A DNA stretch of 64,000 nucleotides, from positions 33,983 to 97,982 of IMG/VR virus record IMGVR_UViG_3300011115_000934; one strand, given 5' to 3'. A program made the translations under genes and the position numbers. The notes beneath the pieces are model-generated. The model saw only the letters and a list, made by a program, of their open reading frames with translations, searched no databases and was not told the origin of the DNA. This DNA comes from a virus. Taxonomy: Duplodnaviria > Heunggongvirae > Uroviricota > Caudoviricetes. Of this stretch, positions 20,485 through 30,935 are shown in pieces. The number at the start of each line of letters is the position of its first letter. Position 1 is the first letter of the stretch.

Positions 20485-21642
20485 ATGGCCAATATTTCTA
20501 TATGGAACGGTAGTTCTACTTTTGCAGCCGGACAAACCCCTTTTGGATTCTACGATAGTGACACATCTTTTCGAACAGAAGCAGATAAAGTTGCAAAATT
20601 CTGTGCAATACGTTTAGGATACCCACTAATGGATGTAGAATTAAATTCAGGTTCATTCTATGCTTGCTTTGAAGAAGCACTTACTACTTACGGAAACGAA
20701 GTATACCAAGCACTTGCAGTTCAGAATTATATATCATTAGAAGGAGGAGATATTAACAATCCACTAAATGATGCAGTAGTAACTCCAAGTCTTCAAAATG
20801 TTGTTAGACTTTCAAACAGCTACGGAACAGAAGCTGGAGTAGGAGGAAATGTTACATTGAATAAAGGATATATAAACGTTTCTTCAAGCATACAAGAATA
20901 CGATCTAAAGCAATGGGCAATAAACGAGGGAATAACAGGAGGTATCGAAATACGAAAAGTATACTACGAAGCACCACCAGCCATCATGAGATATTTTGAC
21001 CCTTATGCAGGAACAGGTACAGGTATTCAATCACTTATGGATGCGTTTGATTTCGGATCTTTTTCACCAGGGGTGAACTTTTTATTAATGCCAATTTCTT
21101 ATGACTTACTGAAAGTACAAGCAATTGAATTTAATGACCAAGTAAGAAAATCAGCATACTCTTTTGAGGTACATAATAATCATTTAAGACTTTTCCCAAC
21201 TCCTAAATCAGATGGTTTAATTTGGTTTGAGTATTATAAATTAACAGACAAGCAATTACTAGACGATGCAGCTTCAACTCCTGGAGGAGTAGGAGGAGCA
21301 ATTACAAACGTATCAAACGTACCTTACGAAAATCCAACATACAGTGCAGTCAATTCAATTGGAAGACAGTGGATATACAAATATGCATTGGCTCTATCAA
21401 AGGAACTCTTAGCGTATGTTAGGGGTAAGTACACAACTGTACCAGTTCCTGGATCAGAAGCAACTTTAAACCAAGCAGACCTCTTAGCAGATGCTCGTTC
21501 AGAAAAAGAAGCATTAATTGTAAACTTAAGGGATATATTAGAAAAGACATCAAGGGTAAGTCAATTAGAAAGAAAGTCTCAAGAGGCTGGATTTTTACAG
21601 TCAGTACTTAAAGAAGTACCAATGGTAATATTTGTAGGATAA
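20485..21642 (+). CDS. Neck / head-completion protein (gp13-like)
   Basis: LGYPLMDVEL N-terminal motif, WIYKYALALSKELLAYVRGKY...TLN, C-terminal PMVIFVG. Confidence 0.7.
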   Translation: MANISIWNGSSTFAAGQTPFGFYDSDTSFRTEADKVAKFCAIRLGYPLMDVELNSGSFYACFEEALTTYGNEVYQALAVQNYISLEGGDINNPLNDAVVTPSLQNVVRLSNSYGTEAGVGGNVTLNKGYINVSSSIQEYDLKQWAINEGITGGIEIRKVYYEAPPAIMRYFDPYAGTGTGIQSLMDAFDFGSFSPGVNFLLMPISYDLLKVQAIEFNDQVRKSAYSFEVHNNHLRLFPTPKSDGLIWFEYYKLTDKQLLDDAASTPGGVGGAITNVSNVPYENPTYSAVNSIGRQWIYKYALALSKELLAYVRGKYTTVPVPGSEATLNQADLLADARSEKEALIVNLRDILEKTSRVSQLERKSQEAGFLQSVLKEVPMVIFVG

Positions 21643-21947
21643 TGAAAATAAAAAATTTAATTAACGAAGTAACTTTTACAATGTACCAAGGATTGGTACG
21701 AGTAGGACATACAGATGAAATAACAGCCTCAGAGGTAGCCGACTTTGTAAGAGCAATGCCAGGAGTAACAAGAGTATCAGCAGTAGATTCAAATGAAGAT
21801 ACCAATATAGTGATACTAAAAGTAAAAATACTAACTGCCAAACCAGGACCAGTAGTATTTGAAAAATTAAAAAAAGATACTTTTAAACTTGTACCAAATA
21901 TTAAAAAGGTAGAGATTTCAATAAAATCAATTGAGAAAATAGAGTAA
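21642..21947 (+). CDS. Hypothetical protein
   Basis: 101 aa ORF coupled to both neighbours. Confidence 0.6.
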   Translation: MKIKNLINEVTFTMYQGLVRVGHTDEITASEVADFVRAMPGVTRVSAVDSNEDTNIVILKVKILTAKPGPVVFEKLKKDTFKLVPNIKKVEISIKSIEKIE

Positions 21948-22435
21948 TGATATTTGGAAGCCAAAACGATTTTAAACTATTTGTAGGAATAAACAGAGAG
22001 CTACTATCAGATGTAATAGAGCAAGAAGTTTTATACCATAAGATATCTTTGGAACAAACTACAGCAAATATCTATGGAGAGGCACAAGATAAACTATACT
22101 GGTCTCCAATAAAATTAAACTGCTTAATTGATAGAGGAGATCAACAAACAACGGTAGATGATTTTGGACCAGACAATATAAGAAGCCTAAGTTTTAAATT
22201 TTTAAGACAAGATCTTAAAGATGCAAATACCTTCCCTGAGGTAGGAGATATTATACAGTGGAATGAAGATTATTACGAAGTTGATAATACAACAGAGAAC
22301 CAACTATTCCTAGGGAAAGACGAAAATTACAACCTAACCGATTACGGACCAAACTTTGGAGGAACACTTTCAATTATCTGTATTTGCCACTTAACAAGAG
22401 CAGACAAAGTAGGATTACTTAAACAAAGAATCTAA
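21947..22435 (+). CDS. Neck protein (gp14-like head closure)
   Basis: NIYGEAQDK and FPEVGDIIQWNEDYYEV motifs; synteny. Confidence 0.65.
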   Translation: MIFGSQNDFKLFVGINRELLSDVIEQEVLYHKISLEQTTANIYGEAQDKLYWSPIKLNCLIDRGDQQTTVDDFGPDNIRSLSFKFLRQDLKDANTFPEVGDIIQWNEDYYEVDNTTENQLFLGKDENYNLTDYGPNFGGTLSIICICHLTRADKVGLLKQRI

Positions 22436-23316
22436 TGGCATTAACAAGAAAACCTATACCAAAATCACAAGTTGAATTGTCTCAAGAGACGATCACACCC
22501 TATATAGATCAAGGTAAGGCTCCCGTACCTGCTAATAAAAAAAGAGAGAATCAAATATCACTAAAAGGAGATGATGTAAAACAACTCTCAGTAGGATTAA
22601 AAGACGTAGATGAATCAATCTTTTTTTACTTTAATAATGTTATTAGACCATCAGTAATCCAAAACAGTACTAAATTAAATGTACCAGTTCTATACGGATC
22701 ACCTGAAAGATGGGCATCTATGCAAAAGGATGGATTTTACAGAGATAATAACGGTAAGATTCAGACCCCACTTATCATGGTAAAACGTGATTCTATAGAG
22801 AAAAATAGGTCTTTGGGTAACAAAATGGATGCAAATAATCCAATTCACTTTGGTGTTTTTCAAAAAAAATACTCACAAAAGAACGTCTATGACCACTTTT
22901 CTACACTAAATAACAGACAACCAGTCAAAGAATACTACGGAGTTATCATGCCTGACTATGTAAATTTGGTTTACACTTGTGTAATTTTTACAGAATACGT
23001 AGAGCAAATGAATAAGATTATCGAATCTGTAAACTTTGCATCAGATTCATACTGGGGAGATCCAGAAAGATTTAAGTTTAGAGCAGCAATTGACAACTAT
23101 ACAACGACAACAGAGCTAGTAGATGGAGGGGATCGTACAGTAAAAACTTCTTTCCAAATAAAAATAGCAGGATATATTGTTTCAGATGCAATAAATACAT
23201 CAGTTGGTAATCCAAATAAGTTCTTTTCCAAAGCAGCAGTAACGTTTGGAGTAGAAACAGTAGGATCAATAGATGTACTAACAAACAAAACAGATCCAGG
23301 TACATCAATAAATTAA
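22435..23316 (+). CDS. Tail terminator / sheath stabiliser (gp15-like)
   Basis: VPVLYGSPERW...KIQTPLI motif; synteny upstream of the sheath. Confidence 0.6.
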   Translation: MALTRKPIPKSQVELSQETITPYIDQGKAPVPANKKRENQISLKGDDVKQLSVGLKDVDESIFFYFNNVIRPSVIQNSTKLNVPVLYGSPERWASMQKDGFYRDNNGKIQTPLIMVKRDSIEKNRSLGNKMDANNPIHFGVFQKKYSQKNVYDHFSTLNNRQPVKEYYGVIMPDYVNLVYTCVIFTEYVEQMNKIIESVNFASDSYWGDPERFKFRAAIDNYTTTTELVDGGDRTVKTSFQIKIAGYIVSDAINTSVGNPNKFFSKAAVTFGVETVGSIDVLTNKTDPGTSIN

Positions 23317-23344
23317 TTATGGTATACAATTAACAATAAAATTT

Positions 23345-23596
23345 ATGGAAACAAAAAAGTTACAAGAAACAGAAGTACAACAACTCAAATTAATTCAACA
23401 AAAAAACCAAGACATATTATTAGAGTTTGGACAAATTGAACTAATTAAATTAGAGCTAAAAAGCAGAGTACAAAGTGCAAAAGCATTTTTAGAAGAGCTA
23501 AGAGAAGAGGAAAAAACTCTATCTGAATATTTACAAAGTACATACGGAAAAGGAAGTGTAAATTTAGATAAAGGAGAGTTTACTCCTTTTGAATAA
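23345..23596 (+). CDS. Small coiled-coil protein
   Basis: Heptad pattern with C-terminal YGKGSVNLDKGEF. Confidence 0.6.
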   Translation: METKKLQETEVQQLKLIQQKNQDILLEFGQIELIKLELKSRVQSAKAFLEELREEEKTLSEYLQSTYGKGSVNLDKGEFTPFE

Positions 23597-23715
23597 TATA
23601 GAAGGGTTTTGATCCTCCTTTCCTATTTATTATAGAATATAGAACCTAGCACTATAGGAAGGTTTACCAAAACCACATGATATTTATAATAAATTAAAAA
23701 ACAAATTTACAAAAC

Positions 23716-25824
23716 ATGGCAGAATCAATTATCTCTCCAGGAGTATATACAAGAGAAAACGATACCTCTTTCATTACACCAGCACCAATTCAGGCAGGAG
23801 CAGCATTTGTTGGACCAACAGTTAAAGGGCCGGATAACCAGCCTCTTATCGTTACATCCTATAGTGACTACGTAAGAAAGTTTGGTGAAACCTTTTTATC
23901 AGGTTCTACCTTTTACGAATATCTTACCTCAGTATCAGTAAAAAACTATTTCCAGAATGGTGGTCAAACAGCTTTAGTAACAAGAGTCGTATCAGGATCA
24001 TACACAGGAGCAGTTTCAACTAACTTATTTACAGGAGCAAACAAAGCTACAGGTTCAGGAACATTTGCATCACAATCAGCAGATGGTCAACAGTATGCAA
24101 TATCGTATGCAGGAACTACTTACACATTTGTTGCCACTGGATCAATACCAACACCAACAGATTCACCTTCTAGTGGAGTGTTTTATTTTGCAACTGGATC
24201 ATCAATAGCAACTACAATTACAAATTTAGCTACTGAGATAAACCTATACCCAACATATCTACCAGTTTCAGCATCAGCTACTGCTACAGCATTGCAATTA
24301 TCATCTTCATTAGGTACTGTAGGAAATGGAATCACTTTCTTAACAGGGTCTATTGCAGGTGGAACACCAAACCTTACCTTAGCAACTTTAGGAGGTGGTA
24401 CAGATCAAGCACCATTCACTCTAACAACATTAGGAGAAGGGGCTATCTATAACAATGCAACAGGATCAGCAGATTCAGGAAGGTCAAACAGTGATGGATC
24501 CTTAGTATCAGGTTCAGCAGATAACGTAAGATGGGAAATTCAAAATACTAATACTACATTAGGAACATTTACAATAGTTGTAAGACAAGGAAATGATAAT
24601 ACTAACAACAAAACAATCCTTGAAACATTTACTGTAAATCTTGATCCAAACTCAGATAATTATATTGAAAAAGTAATTGGTAACCAATTTGTTTCAGTAG
24701 CAACAGATTCTTCAACAGGAACATCATATAACTACTTAAACGGAACATTCCCAAATAGATCAAGCTATGTTAGAGTATCTTCAGTAGCATTATCAACTCC
24801 AAACTACTTAGGTAATGATGGAGTGACAGTTAATAGAGATGCAGCTGGTAACTTATTCTCAACATACATACCAAGAATAGCATCAGGAGCATTCTACAAT
24901 GCAACAGGAGCAGCTAAATCAGGAGCTAGCTATTTTGGTGGAATTGGAACTACATCAGGAGAATCTCAAGGACTGGTACCTGCAAACTACACGACTGCAT
25001 TATCGCTATTATCAAATAAAGATGATTACCAATTTAATATCGTATCAGCACCAGGATTAATTAATAATGCAGGATTTACTTCTACAATAAGCTCATTTAT
25101 TGCATTAGCAGAAAATAGAGGAGATTGTATTGCAGTAGTAGATTTAGTAAAAACAGGATCTATTGTAAGTGATGTAACAGGTCAAGCAGTAACAATAAAC
25201 TCATCATACGCAGCAACATACTGGCCTTGGTTACAAATTCAATCAGCTACAGGTAGAAACGAATACGTTCCAGCAGGAACAGTAATACCAGGAGTTTATG
25301 CATTTACAGATGCTTCATCAGCACCATGGTTTGCACCAGCAGGACTTGTAAGAGGTGGAATTGGAGGAGTAATTCAAGCAGAAAGAAAATTAACTAAAGG
25401 TGATAGAGATGTTCTTTATGCAGGAAAAGTTAATCCAATCGCTTCTTTCCCAGGAACTGGTATATCAGTATTCGGACAAAAAACTTTACAAACTAAAGCA
25501 TCAGCATTAGATAGAGTAAATGTAAGAAGATTATTAATTGAACTTAAGAAATTTATTGGTGATCAAGCAAGAAACTTAGTATTCGAACAAAATACTATTT
25601 CAACTAGAAACAAGTTCTTAGCGACGGTCAATCCTTACTTAGAATCAGTAGTACAAAGACAAGGTCTTTATGCTTACAGAGTTGTAATGGACGATACTAA
25701 CAACACAGCAGACGTAGTTGATAGAAATCAATTAGTAGGTCAAATATTTATTCAACCAGCTAAAACAATTGAATTTGTAGTATTAGACTTCACAATTGAG
25801 CCAACTGGAGCAACTTTTGGATAA
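23716..25824 (+). CDS. gp18: Tail sheath protein (gp18-like)
   Basis: SPGVYTRE, AAFVGPTVKGP, YWPW, PWFAPAGLVRG, GQKTLQTKASALDRVNVRRL motifs. Confidence 0.96.
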   Translation: MAESIISPGVYTRENDTSFITPAPIQAGAAFVGPTVKGPDNQPLIVTSYSDYVRKFGETFLSGSTFYEYLTSVSVKNYFQNGGQTALVTRVVSGSYTGAVSTNLFTGANKATGSGTFASQSADGQQYAISYAGTTYTFVATGSIPTPTDSPSSGVFYFATGSSIATTITNLATEINLYPTYLPVSASATATALQLSSSLGTVGNGITFLTGSIAGGTPNLTLATLGGGTDQAPFTLTTLGEGAIYNNATGSADSGRSNSDGSLVSGSADNVRWEIQNTNTTLGTFTIVVRQGNDNTNNKTILETFTVNLDPNSDNYIEKVIGNQFVSVATDSSTGTSYNYLNGTFPNRSSYVRVSSVALSTPNYLGNDGVTVNRDAAGNLFSTYIPRIASGAFYNATGAAKSGASYFGGIGTTSGESQGLVPANYTTALSLLSNKDDYQFNIVSAPGLINNAGFTSTISSFIALAENRGDCIAVVDLVKTGSIVSDVTGQAVTINSSYAATYWPWLQIQSATGRNEYVPAGTVIPGVYAFTDASSAPWFAPAGLVRGGIGGVIQAERKLTKGDRDVLYAGKVNPIASFPGTGISVFGQKTLQTKASALDRVNVRRLLIELKKFIGDQARNLVFEQNTISTRNKFLATVNPYLESVVQRQGLYAYRVVMDDTNNTADVVDRNQLVGQIFIQPAKTIEFVVLDFTIEPTGATFG

Positions 25825-25865
25825 TTTAGAAACAAAGATATTTATAATAAAATAAATAAAATAAA

Positions 25866-26354
25866 ATGGCAGTATTAGATCCAAATGAAATTATGTTTAG
25901 AGCCTTCGAACCAATGGTTCAACACAGGTTCGTAATGTATATAGACAATATCCCAGCATTCATGATTAAAAACGTGAAAGCTCCAAACTTCACAGATTCA
26001 GAGATCAAACTTGATCACATTAACTCTTACAGAAAAATAAGAGGAAAAAGAAACTGGGAGAATATGGATATGACTTTATACTCACCAATCACTCCTTCTG
26101 GAGCTCAAGCAGTAATGGAATGGGCTCGTTTAGGATACGAATCAGTAACAGGTAGAGCTGGATATTCAGATTTCTATAAGAAAGATTTAACTCTTAACAT
26201 TCTAGGTCCTGTAGGAGATATTGTAGGGGAGTGGATTATCAAAGGAGCTTTCTTAACAAAAGGAGATTTTGGACAATTTGACTGGACTTCTGCTGACGGA
26301 GTAGTAGAGATAGGAATTTCAATTGCAATGGATTATTGTGTCCTCAACTATTAG
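25866..26354 (+). CDS. gp19: Tail tube protein (gp19-like)
   Basis: Follows the sheath; KIRGKRNWENMDMTLY, YKKDLTLNILGPVGDIVGEWIIKGAF. Confidence 0.9.
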   Translation: MAVLDPNEIMFRAFEPMVQHRFVMYIDNIPAFMIKNVKAPNFTDSEIKLDHINSYRKIRGKRNWENMDMTLYSPITPSGAQAVMEWARLGYESVTGRAGYSDFYKKDLTLNILGPVGDIVGEWIIKGAFLTKGDFGQFDWTSADGVVEIGISIAMDYCVLNY

Positions 26355-26387
26355 AGTCGTATACTAAATTACTACTTTTTAAAACTT

Positions 26388-26422
26388 ATGCCTATTTATA
26401 ATAAAGTAAATAGGCATTTTTT
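26388..26422 (+). terminator. Terminator-like hairpin containing the TATTTATA motif, immediately upstream of the HNH start codon
   Basis: ATGCCTATTTA (26388-26398) pairs with TAAATAGGCAT (26407-26417), then TTTTT, then ATG at 26423. Confidence 0.7.
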
Positions 26423-27049
26423 ATGGAACAGTATTTTAAAATTATTAGACAAGCAATACAAGAGGGTAGGAAAAAAGGACAAGGGACTTACTATGAGGCA
26501 CATCATATCATTCCTAGAAGTTTTAATAAGAAGTCAACAACAATACTACTGACACCCGAAGAACACTACACAGTTCATAAGATATTAGCAGAGTATTGGA
26601 AAGGACATTCAATCTATAGTAGGAAAATGTTATGGGCTTTCCATAGAATTTCTTTTGATGGTAAGAGGAAAATTACAAAAAAGGAGTATGGAGAAGCAAG
26701 GAGAATTTTACAAGAGTTGTGGCAAAGTGATAAATCTATTTCTCATAAAGAAAAAATAGCAATTGCACTAAAAGGGAATACAAATAATTCTACAAGAGTC
26801 TTCAAAGGAATGAAATCGGACATGACAGATGAAGGTAGAGCATCCCTATCAAAAAGCATTTCAAAAAGAAACAAGGGACTTAAGTTAGCAGCAAAAGGTC
26901 CATACACAGTAGTATTTGAAGATGGAAGAACTTATACAGAGAAATCCTACCAGGACATATCCAATCAGATAGGAATAGCATACGCTACACTCCAACACAG
27001 ACATAAAAATAATCCAGGAGAGTTTAAAAAAGGATGGAAAATACAATAA
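26423..27049 (+). CDS. HNH homing endonuclease
   Basis: YYEAHHIIPRSF...LLTPEEHYTVHKIL, basic NUMOD-like repeats, C-terminal HTH-like segment; inserted between tail tube and chaperone genes. Confidence 0.85.
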   Translation: MEQYFKIIRQAIQEGRKKGQGTYYEAHHIIPRSFNKKSTTILLTPEEHYTVHKILAEYWKGHSIYSRKMLWAFHRISFDGKRKITKKEYGEARRILQELWQSDKSISHKEKIAIALKGNTNNSTRVFKGMKSDMTDEGRASLSKSISKRNKGLKLAAKGPYTVVFEDGRTYTEKSYQDISNQIGIAYATLQHRHKNNPGEFKKGWKIQ

Positions 27050-27051
27050 GA

Positions 27052-27072
27052 CCTGGCAATCGTCAGGCTTTG
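27052..27072 (+). terminator. Probable terminator after the HNH gene
   Basis: CCTGGC-aatc-GTCAGG followed by a T-rich stretch. Confidence 0.5.
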
Positions 27073-27135
27073 TTGTTTTAAAAAAGTTTTAACCGTATAT
27101 TTATATATAGAAAAAGTTATTAACAAATAAAATTT

Positions 27136-27885
27136 ATGGAAAACAAATTTAACCTACCAACCGAAACGGTAGATCTTCCTTCAAAGGGACTTCTTTATCC
27201 AAAAGATTCTCCACTATCAGAAGGTAAAATTGAAATGAAATATATGACCGCTAAGGAAGAGGATATTTTAACAAATTCAAACTATATTAGACAAGGAGTA
27301 GTTATTGATAAACTACTACAATCATTAATTATCTCTCCAATTAACTACTCGGACTTGCTTATAGGAGATAAGGATGCAGTTATGATGGCAGCTCGTATTT
27401 TGGGGTATGGAAAGGATTACGACTTTCAATACGCAGGAGAAAAAATTACAGTAGATTTGTCTACGTTAAAACTTAAAGAACTAGACGAAAGTGTAATAAA
27501 GGAGAAAGGTAAAAATGAGTTTGAATATAAACTTCCAAATACTGACAATGTTATTACTTTTAGATTATTAACACAAAAAGATGATAGGGATATTGATGCT
27601 GAATTAGAAGGATTAAAAAAACTTAATAAGAATTCTAACAACGAACTAACAACACGTCTAAAGTATATGATACTGTCAATTAACGGTAACTACGAAAGAG
27701 GAACAGTAAGACAGTTTGTAGACACAGCATTTTTGGCTAGAGATTCAAGAGCATTTAGAGAGTACTACGCACAAATATCTCCAGGAGTAGAAACAAAAAT
27801 TAAATTTGAAACAGAGTTTGGTGACGAGGAGGACATCAACATTCAGTTTAATTCTAACTTTTTTTGGCCTGAGTCCGGAAACTAG
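27136..27885 (+). CDS. Baseplate hub / tail assembly chaperone (T4 gp26-like)
   Basis: VDLPSKGLLY, MKYMTAKEEDIL, C-terminal NFFWP; position between tube and tape measure. Confidence 0.8.
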   Translation: MENKFNLPTETVDLPSKGLLYPKDSPLSEGKIEMKYMTAKEEDILTNSNYIRQGVVIDKLLQSLIISPINYSDLLIGDKDAVMMAARILGYGKDYDFQYAGEKITVDLSTLKLKELDESVIKEKGKNEFEYKLPNTDNVITFRLLTQKDDRDIDAELEGLKKLNKNSNNELTTRLKYMILSINGNYERGTVRQFVDTAFLARDSRAFREYYAQISPGVETKIKFETEFGDEEDINIQFNSNFFWPESGN

Positions 27886-28138
27886 AGGAAACATTTTTAG
27901 ACAAATACATGAAATAGTATTTCATGGACAAGGAGGTTATGACTGGGAGGCAGTATATAACATGCCTGTATGGCTAAGGAGATTTACATTCAGTACACTA
28001 CAAGAACATTATGATAAACTAAATGCAGAAAATGATGATGAACTCAAACCAGTTAAAAACGGCAACAAAGTAGCACCACCAGATATTGTCCAAAAAGCAA
28101 TGACACCAACTTATAGTACGAAGGCATCCAGTAAATGA
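27860..28138 (+). CDS. gp51-like chaperone extension, probably reached by frameshift from 27136
   Basis: The +1 frame is open across the T7 run (FFGLSPETRGNIFRQIHEIVFHGQGGYDWEAVYNMPVWLRRF). The conserved-looking portion lies upstream of the first downstream ATG (27960). Confidence 0.6.
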   Translation, partial: FFGLSPETRGNIFRQIHEIVFHGQGGYDWEAVYNMPVWLRRFTFSTLQEHYDKLNAENDDELKPVKNGNKVAPPDIVQKAMTPTYSTKASSK

Positions 28139-28146
28139 TGCCTTTT
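28121..28146 (+). terminator. Probable terminator
   Basis: AAGGCATC-cagtaaat-GATGCCTT followed by TT. Confidence 0.65.
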
Positions 28147-28171
28147 GCTATTTATACATATATAGAACACT

Positions 28172-30892
28172 ATGGCAACTAACCAAGGACCACAAAAAAC
28201 TTTCGACGATTATTCTAAATTAATCACACAACTAGACGCTAAGATTAAAAACTTAGGTGGAGATGGTATTCCAAATCTACAGAATTTTTTAAAGTCTATG
28301 GGTAGTGACACTGCCTTAGCTGCAAAGCAGTTTGGACTTATGTCAAGAGAGGCTCGTGACTTGGAAGATGTATTTGGAGCAATCTCAACTACAATAAAAA
28401 ACGTAGTAGCAGATTTAGATAGATCAACAAAGTCAACTACTCTATTCAAAAGAGGATTAAATAGCGTAGAGGGGATAGCTAGAAAATTAGCAGATCACAA
28501 AAATGATGAGAATATACTTACTGTAAAGCAGCTAGGTAATCTAAATAAGCAATTAGGTCTTGAGATAGAAAACCTAAAGATAGCTCGTGAAAAAGCATCT
28601 GAAGAGCAAAAAACACTACAAAGAAAGATAACTTCCGGTAGAGCTTCTGCAGCAGAGGTACGGTATTCTGAAGAATTACACAACTACACTAAAGAAATAA
28701 ACTCAGCCTTAAACCTAAAGAATAGCTATCTTGATAAAATTGTAAAGCATTCTGAAAGAGAAATACAGATTGAGAGGGACATTCAAAAAACAATTGGACT
28801 TACAGGATTAGCTTTCAAAGGAATTGCAGGAACACTTCAAAAAATAGGAGTAGAATCCCAAGCTATAGAAGATCTTAATAAAAAAATCCGAGCTACAGCA
28901 AAAGAGACTGGAAGTGCTTGGAAGACAGCAGGTACGGCTATTGGTGGTACTTTTAAAATGATTGGTGAAAGCCTAAACGATCCAGCTGTTCAAATTGCTT
29001 TTGTAACAAAGTATTTTAAAACATTATACGAAATAGGTACACAGTTTAGTGCTAGGACTTTTGAAATACAGAAATCACTAGGACTCTCGACTTCTGCAGC
29101 AAAAGCTATGAATCAAGAATTCTATAGCATGCAGCAAAGTACTAATAATATTTATGCAAACTACAAAGATCTAGCAGATGCAAACGCAAACCTAAATGAA
29201 TCTTTAGGAACATCTGCTACTTTTTCTGCAGATATGCTTACAACGCAAGCTAAGATAATGCAGGTAACGGGATTGACTTCTGAAGAATCTGCTAAAATTT
29301 ACGAATACTCACTACTTAACGGACAAACCCAAGAGCAGACATATAACTCAATGGGTAAGACTAATAAGGGAGTTCTTAGTAATAAAAAAGTAATGCAAGA
29401 GGTTTTAAAGACAAGTGGACAGCTAGCAGCACAGTATAAAAACAACCCAGCATTACTTGCACAGGCAGTAGTACAAGTACAAAAGATGGGAATTAACTTA
29501 GAGCAAGCCAAAAAAATGGCTAGCGGACTACTAAACTTTGAAGATTCAATTGCCTCAGAACTAGAAGCAGAATTACTAACCGGACAAGAGCTTAATTTAG
29601 AAAAAGCAAGAGCACTGGCTCTTCAAGGTAAGACAGCAGAAGCAGCAGCTGAAATGCTGAAGCAAACAGGAGGTTTGGCTAAATTCCAAAGCATGAATGT
29701 GCTACAACAAGATGCATTAGCTAAATCGATGGGAATGTCTACAGATGAGCTAGCTGATTCGTTAGTAAAGGCAGAGCAGTTAAATAAATTAGGAGCCAGT
29801 GAGAAAAAAGCATTAGACGAAAAAGTAAGTGCACTAAAAAAAGCAGGAGACTTCGAAAAAGCATCTCAGCTAGAAACAATGGCACTACAAGGAAAAAAAG
29901 TCGAATTAGCAGCACAGGAATTAGACACACAAAGTAAGATCGACAAATCAGTAAGTTCGATCAAAGAATCTCTTAAATCGGCAATTGCAGGACCACTTGC
30001 AAGTGTAACAGATAAATTAGCAAGTGTACTAGCAGCAATGGCAGCTAATCCTGTAATAAAAGCAATGCTAGGAGTAGCAGGTGGAGCGGCAGCTATCTTA
30101 GCAGGAGTTATGGCAGGAGCAATGGCTATTAGTGCTGCAAAGAGTATGTTATTTGGTGCTAGAGGTTCAAACGCTACTAGACCAATGTACACCAGTGAGG
30201 TTGGTGGTGCAGGAGGTGGTGGCGGATTAGGAGACATGGTATCAGGATCACTAGGAAAAGGAGCCGGCAAAGCTGGTATGGGTAAACAACTTATGACACT
30301 TTTGAAAAATCCAAAAGCCTACATGAGAGCTTTGAAAATGGGAGGAGGACTTACGAAAATAGCAGGAGGAGTTGGATCACTACTTGGTGGAGTTGCACTA
30401 GATGCTGTAGCTGAAAATAGAATGAAAAAAGCTCAAGAACTACAACAAGCTGGTAAAATTAAAGAAGCTAGAACAGCTAGAAATATAGGGAAAGGTGCAG
30501 ATATAGGTAGCTTGGCTCTAACAGGAGCAGGTATAGGAGCAACAGTAGGTTCCATTATCCCTGGTGTAGGTACGGCCATTGGTGCAGGTGTTGGTGGAGC
30601 AATTGGAGCAGGATATGGAGCTTATAAAAACTTCTTTGCAGATGCCGAAGACATGAATGACTTTATCATAAGGCCAGGTACAAAACAGGTACTAAAAGCA
30701 AACAAAGGAGACTACATATTCGGAAGCACCAACAACCCAGGCAATGGAGCAGGAAATAGTAGTACTGGAGGAGGAAACGTAGAAGCACTATTACAGGAAC
30801 TAATCGCAGCAGTTAAGCAAAGTGGAAACATACACATTGGAGCTAATAAGCTAAATGAAGCCATAGGTATCAACCTGCATCCAATGAGATAA
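28172..30892 (+). CDS. Tape measure protein
   Basis: Long helical Ala/Leu/Lys-rich ORF with LLNFEDSIASELEAELLTGQELNLEKARALAL and Gly/Ala-rich hydrophobic C-terminal segments; follows the chaperones. Confidence 0.88.
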   Translation: MATNQGPQKTFDDYSKLITQLDAKIKNLGGDGIPNLQNFLKSMGSDTALAAKQFGLMSREARDLEDVFGAISTTIKNVVADLDRSTKSTTLFKRGLNSVEGIARKLADHKNDENILTVKQLGNLNKQLGLEIENLKIAREKASEEQKTLQRKITSGRASAAEVRYSEELHNYTKEINSALNLKNSYLDKIVKHSEREIQIERDIQKTIGLTGLAFKGIAGTLQKIGVESQAIEDLNKKIRATAKETGSAWKTAGTAIGGTFKMIGESLNDPAVQIAFVTKYFKTLYEIGTQFSARTFEIQKSLGLSTSAAKAMNQEFYSMQQSTNNIYANYKDLADANANLNESLGTSATFSADMLTTQAKIMQVTGLTSEESAKIYEYSLLNGQTQEQTYNSMGKTNKGVLSNKKVMQEVLKTSGQLAAQYKNNPALLAQAVVQVQKMGINLEQAKKMASGLLNFEDSIASELEAELLTGQELNLEKARALALQGKTAEAAAEMLKQTGGLAKFQSMNVLQQDALAKSMGMSTDELADSLVKAEQLNKLGASEKKALDEKVSALKKAGDFEKASQLETMALQGKKVELAAQELDTQSKIDKSVSSIKESLKSAIAGPLASVTDKLASVLAAMAANPVIKAMLGVAGGAAAILAGVMAGAMAISAAKSMLFGARGSNATRPMYTSEVGGAGGGGGLGDMVSGSLGKGAGKAGMGKQLMTLLKNPKAYMRALKMGGGLTKIAGGVGSLLGGVALDAVAENRMKKAQELQQAGKIKEARTARNIGKGADIGSLALTGAGIGATVGSIIPGVGTAIGAGVGGAIGAGYGAYKNFFADAEDMNDFIIRPGTKQVLKANKGDYIFGSTNNPGNGAGNSSTGGGNVEALLQELIAAVKQSGNIHIGANKLNEAIGINLHPMR

Positions 30893-30935
30893 TAAATTAA
30901 ACAAACTATTTATAATAAATTAAAACACAATTAAT

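Noticed and set aside
27806-27858. ORF-track start at 27806 for the gp51-like ORF
   Set aside because: It lies inside the upstream gene and gives a non-protein-like N-terminus. Frameshift entry at 27859-27865 explains the frame better.
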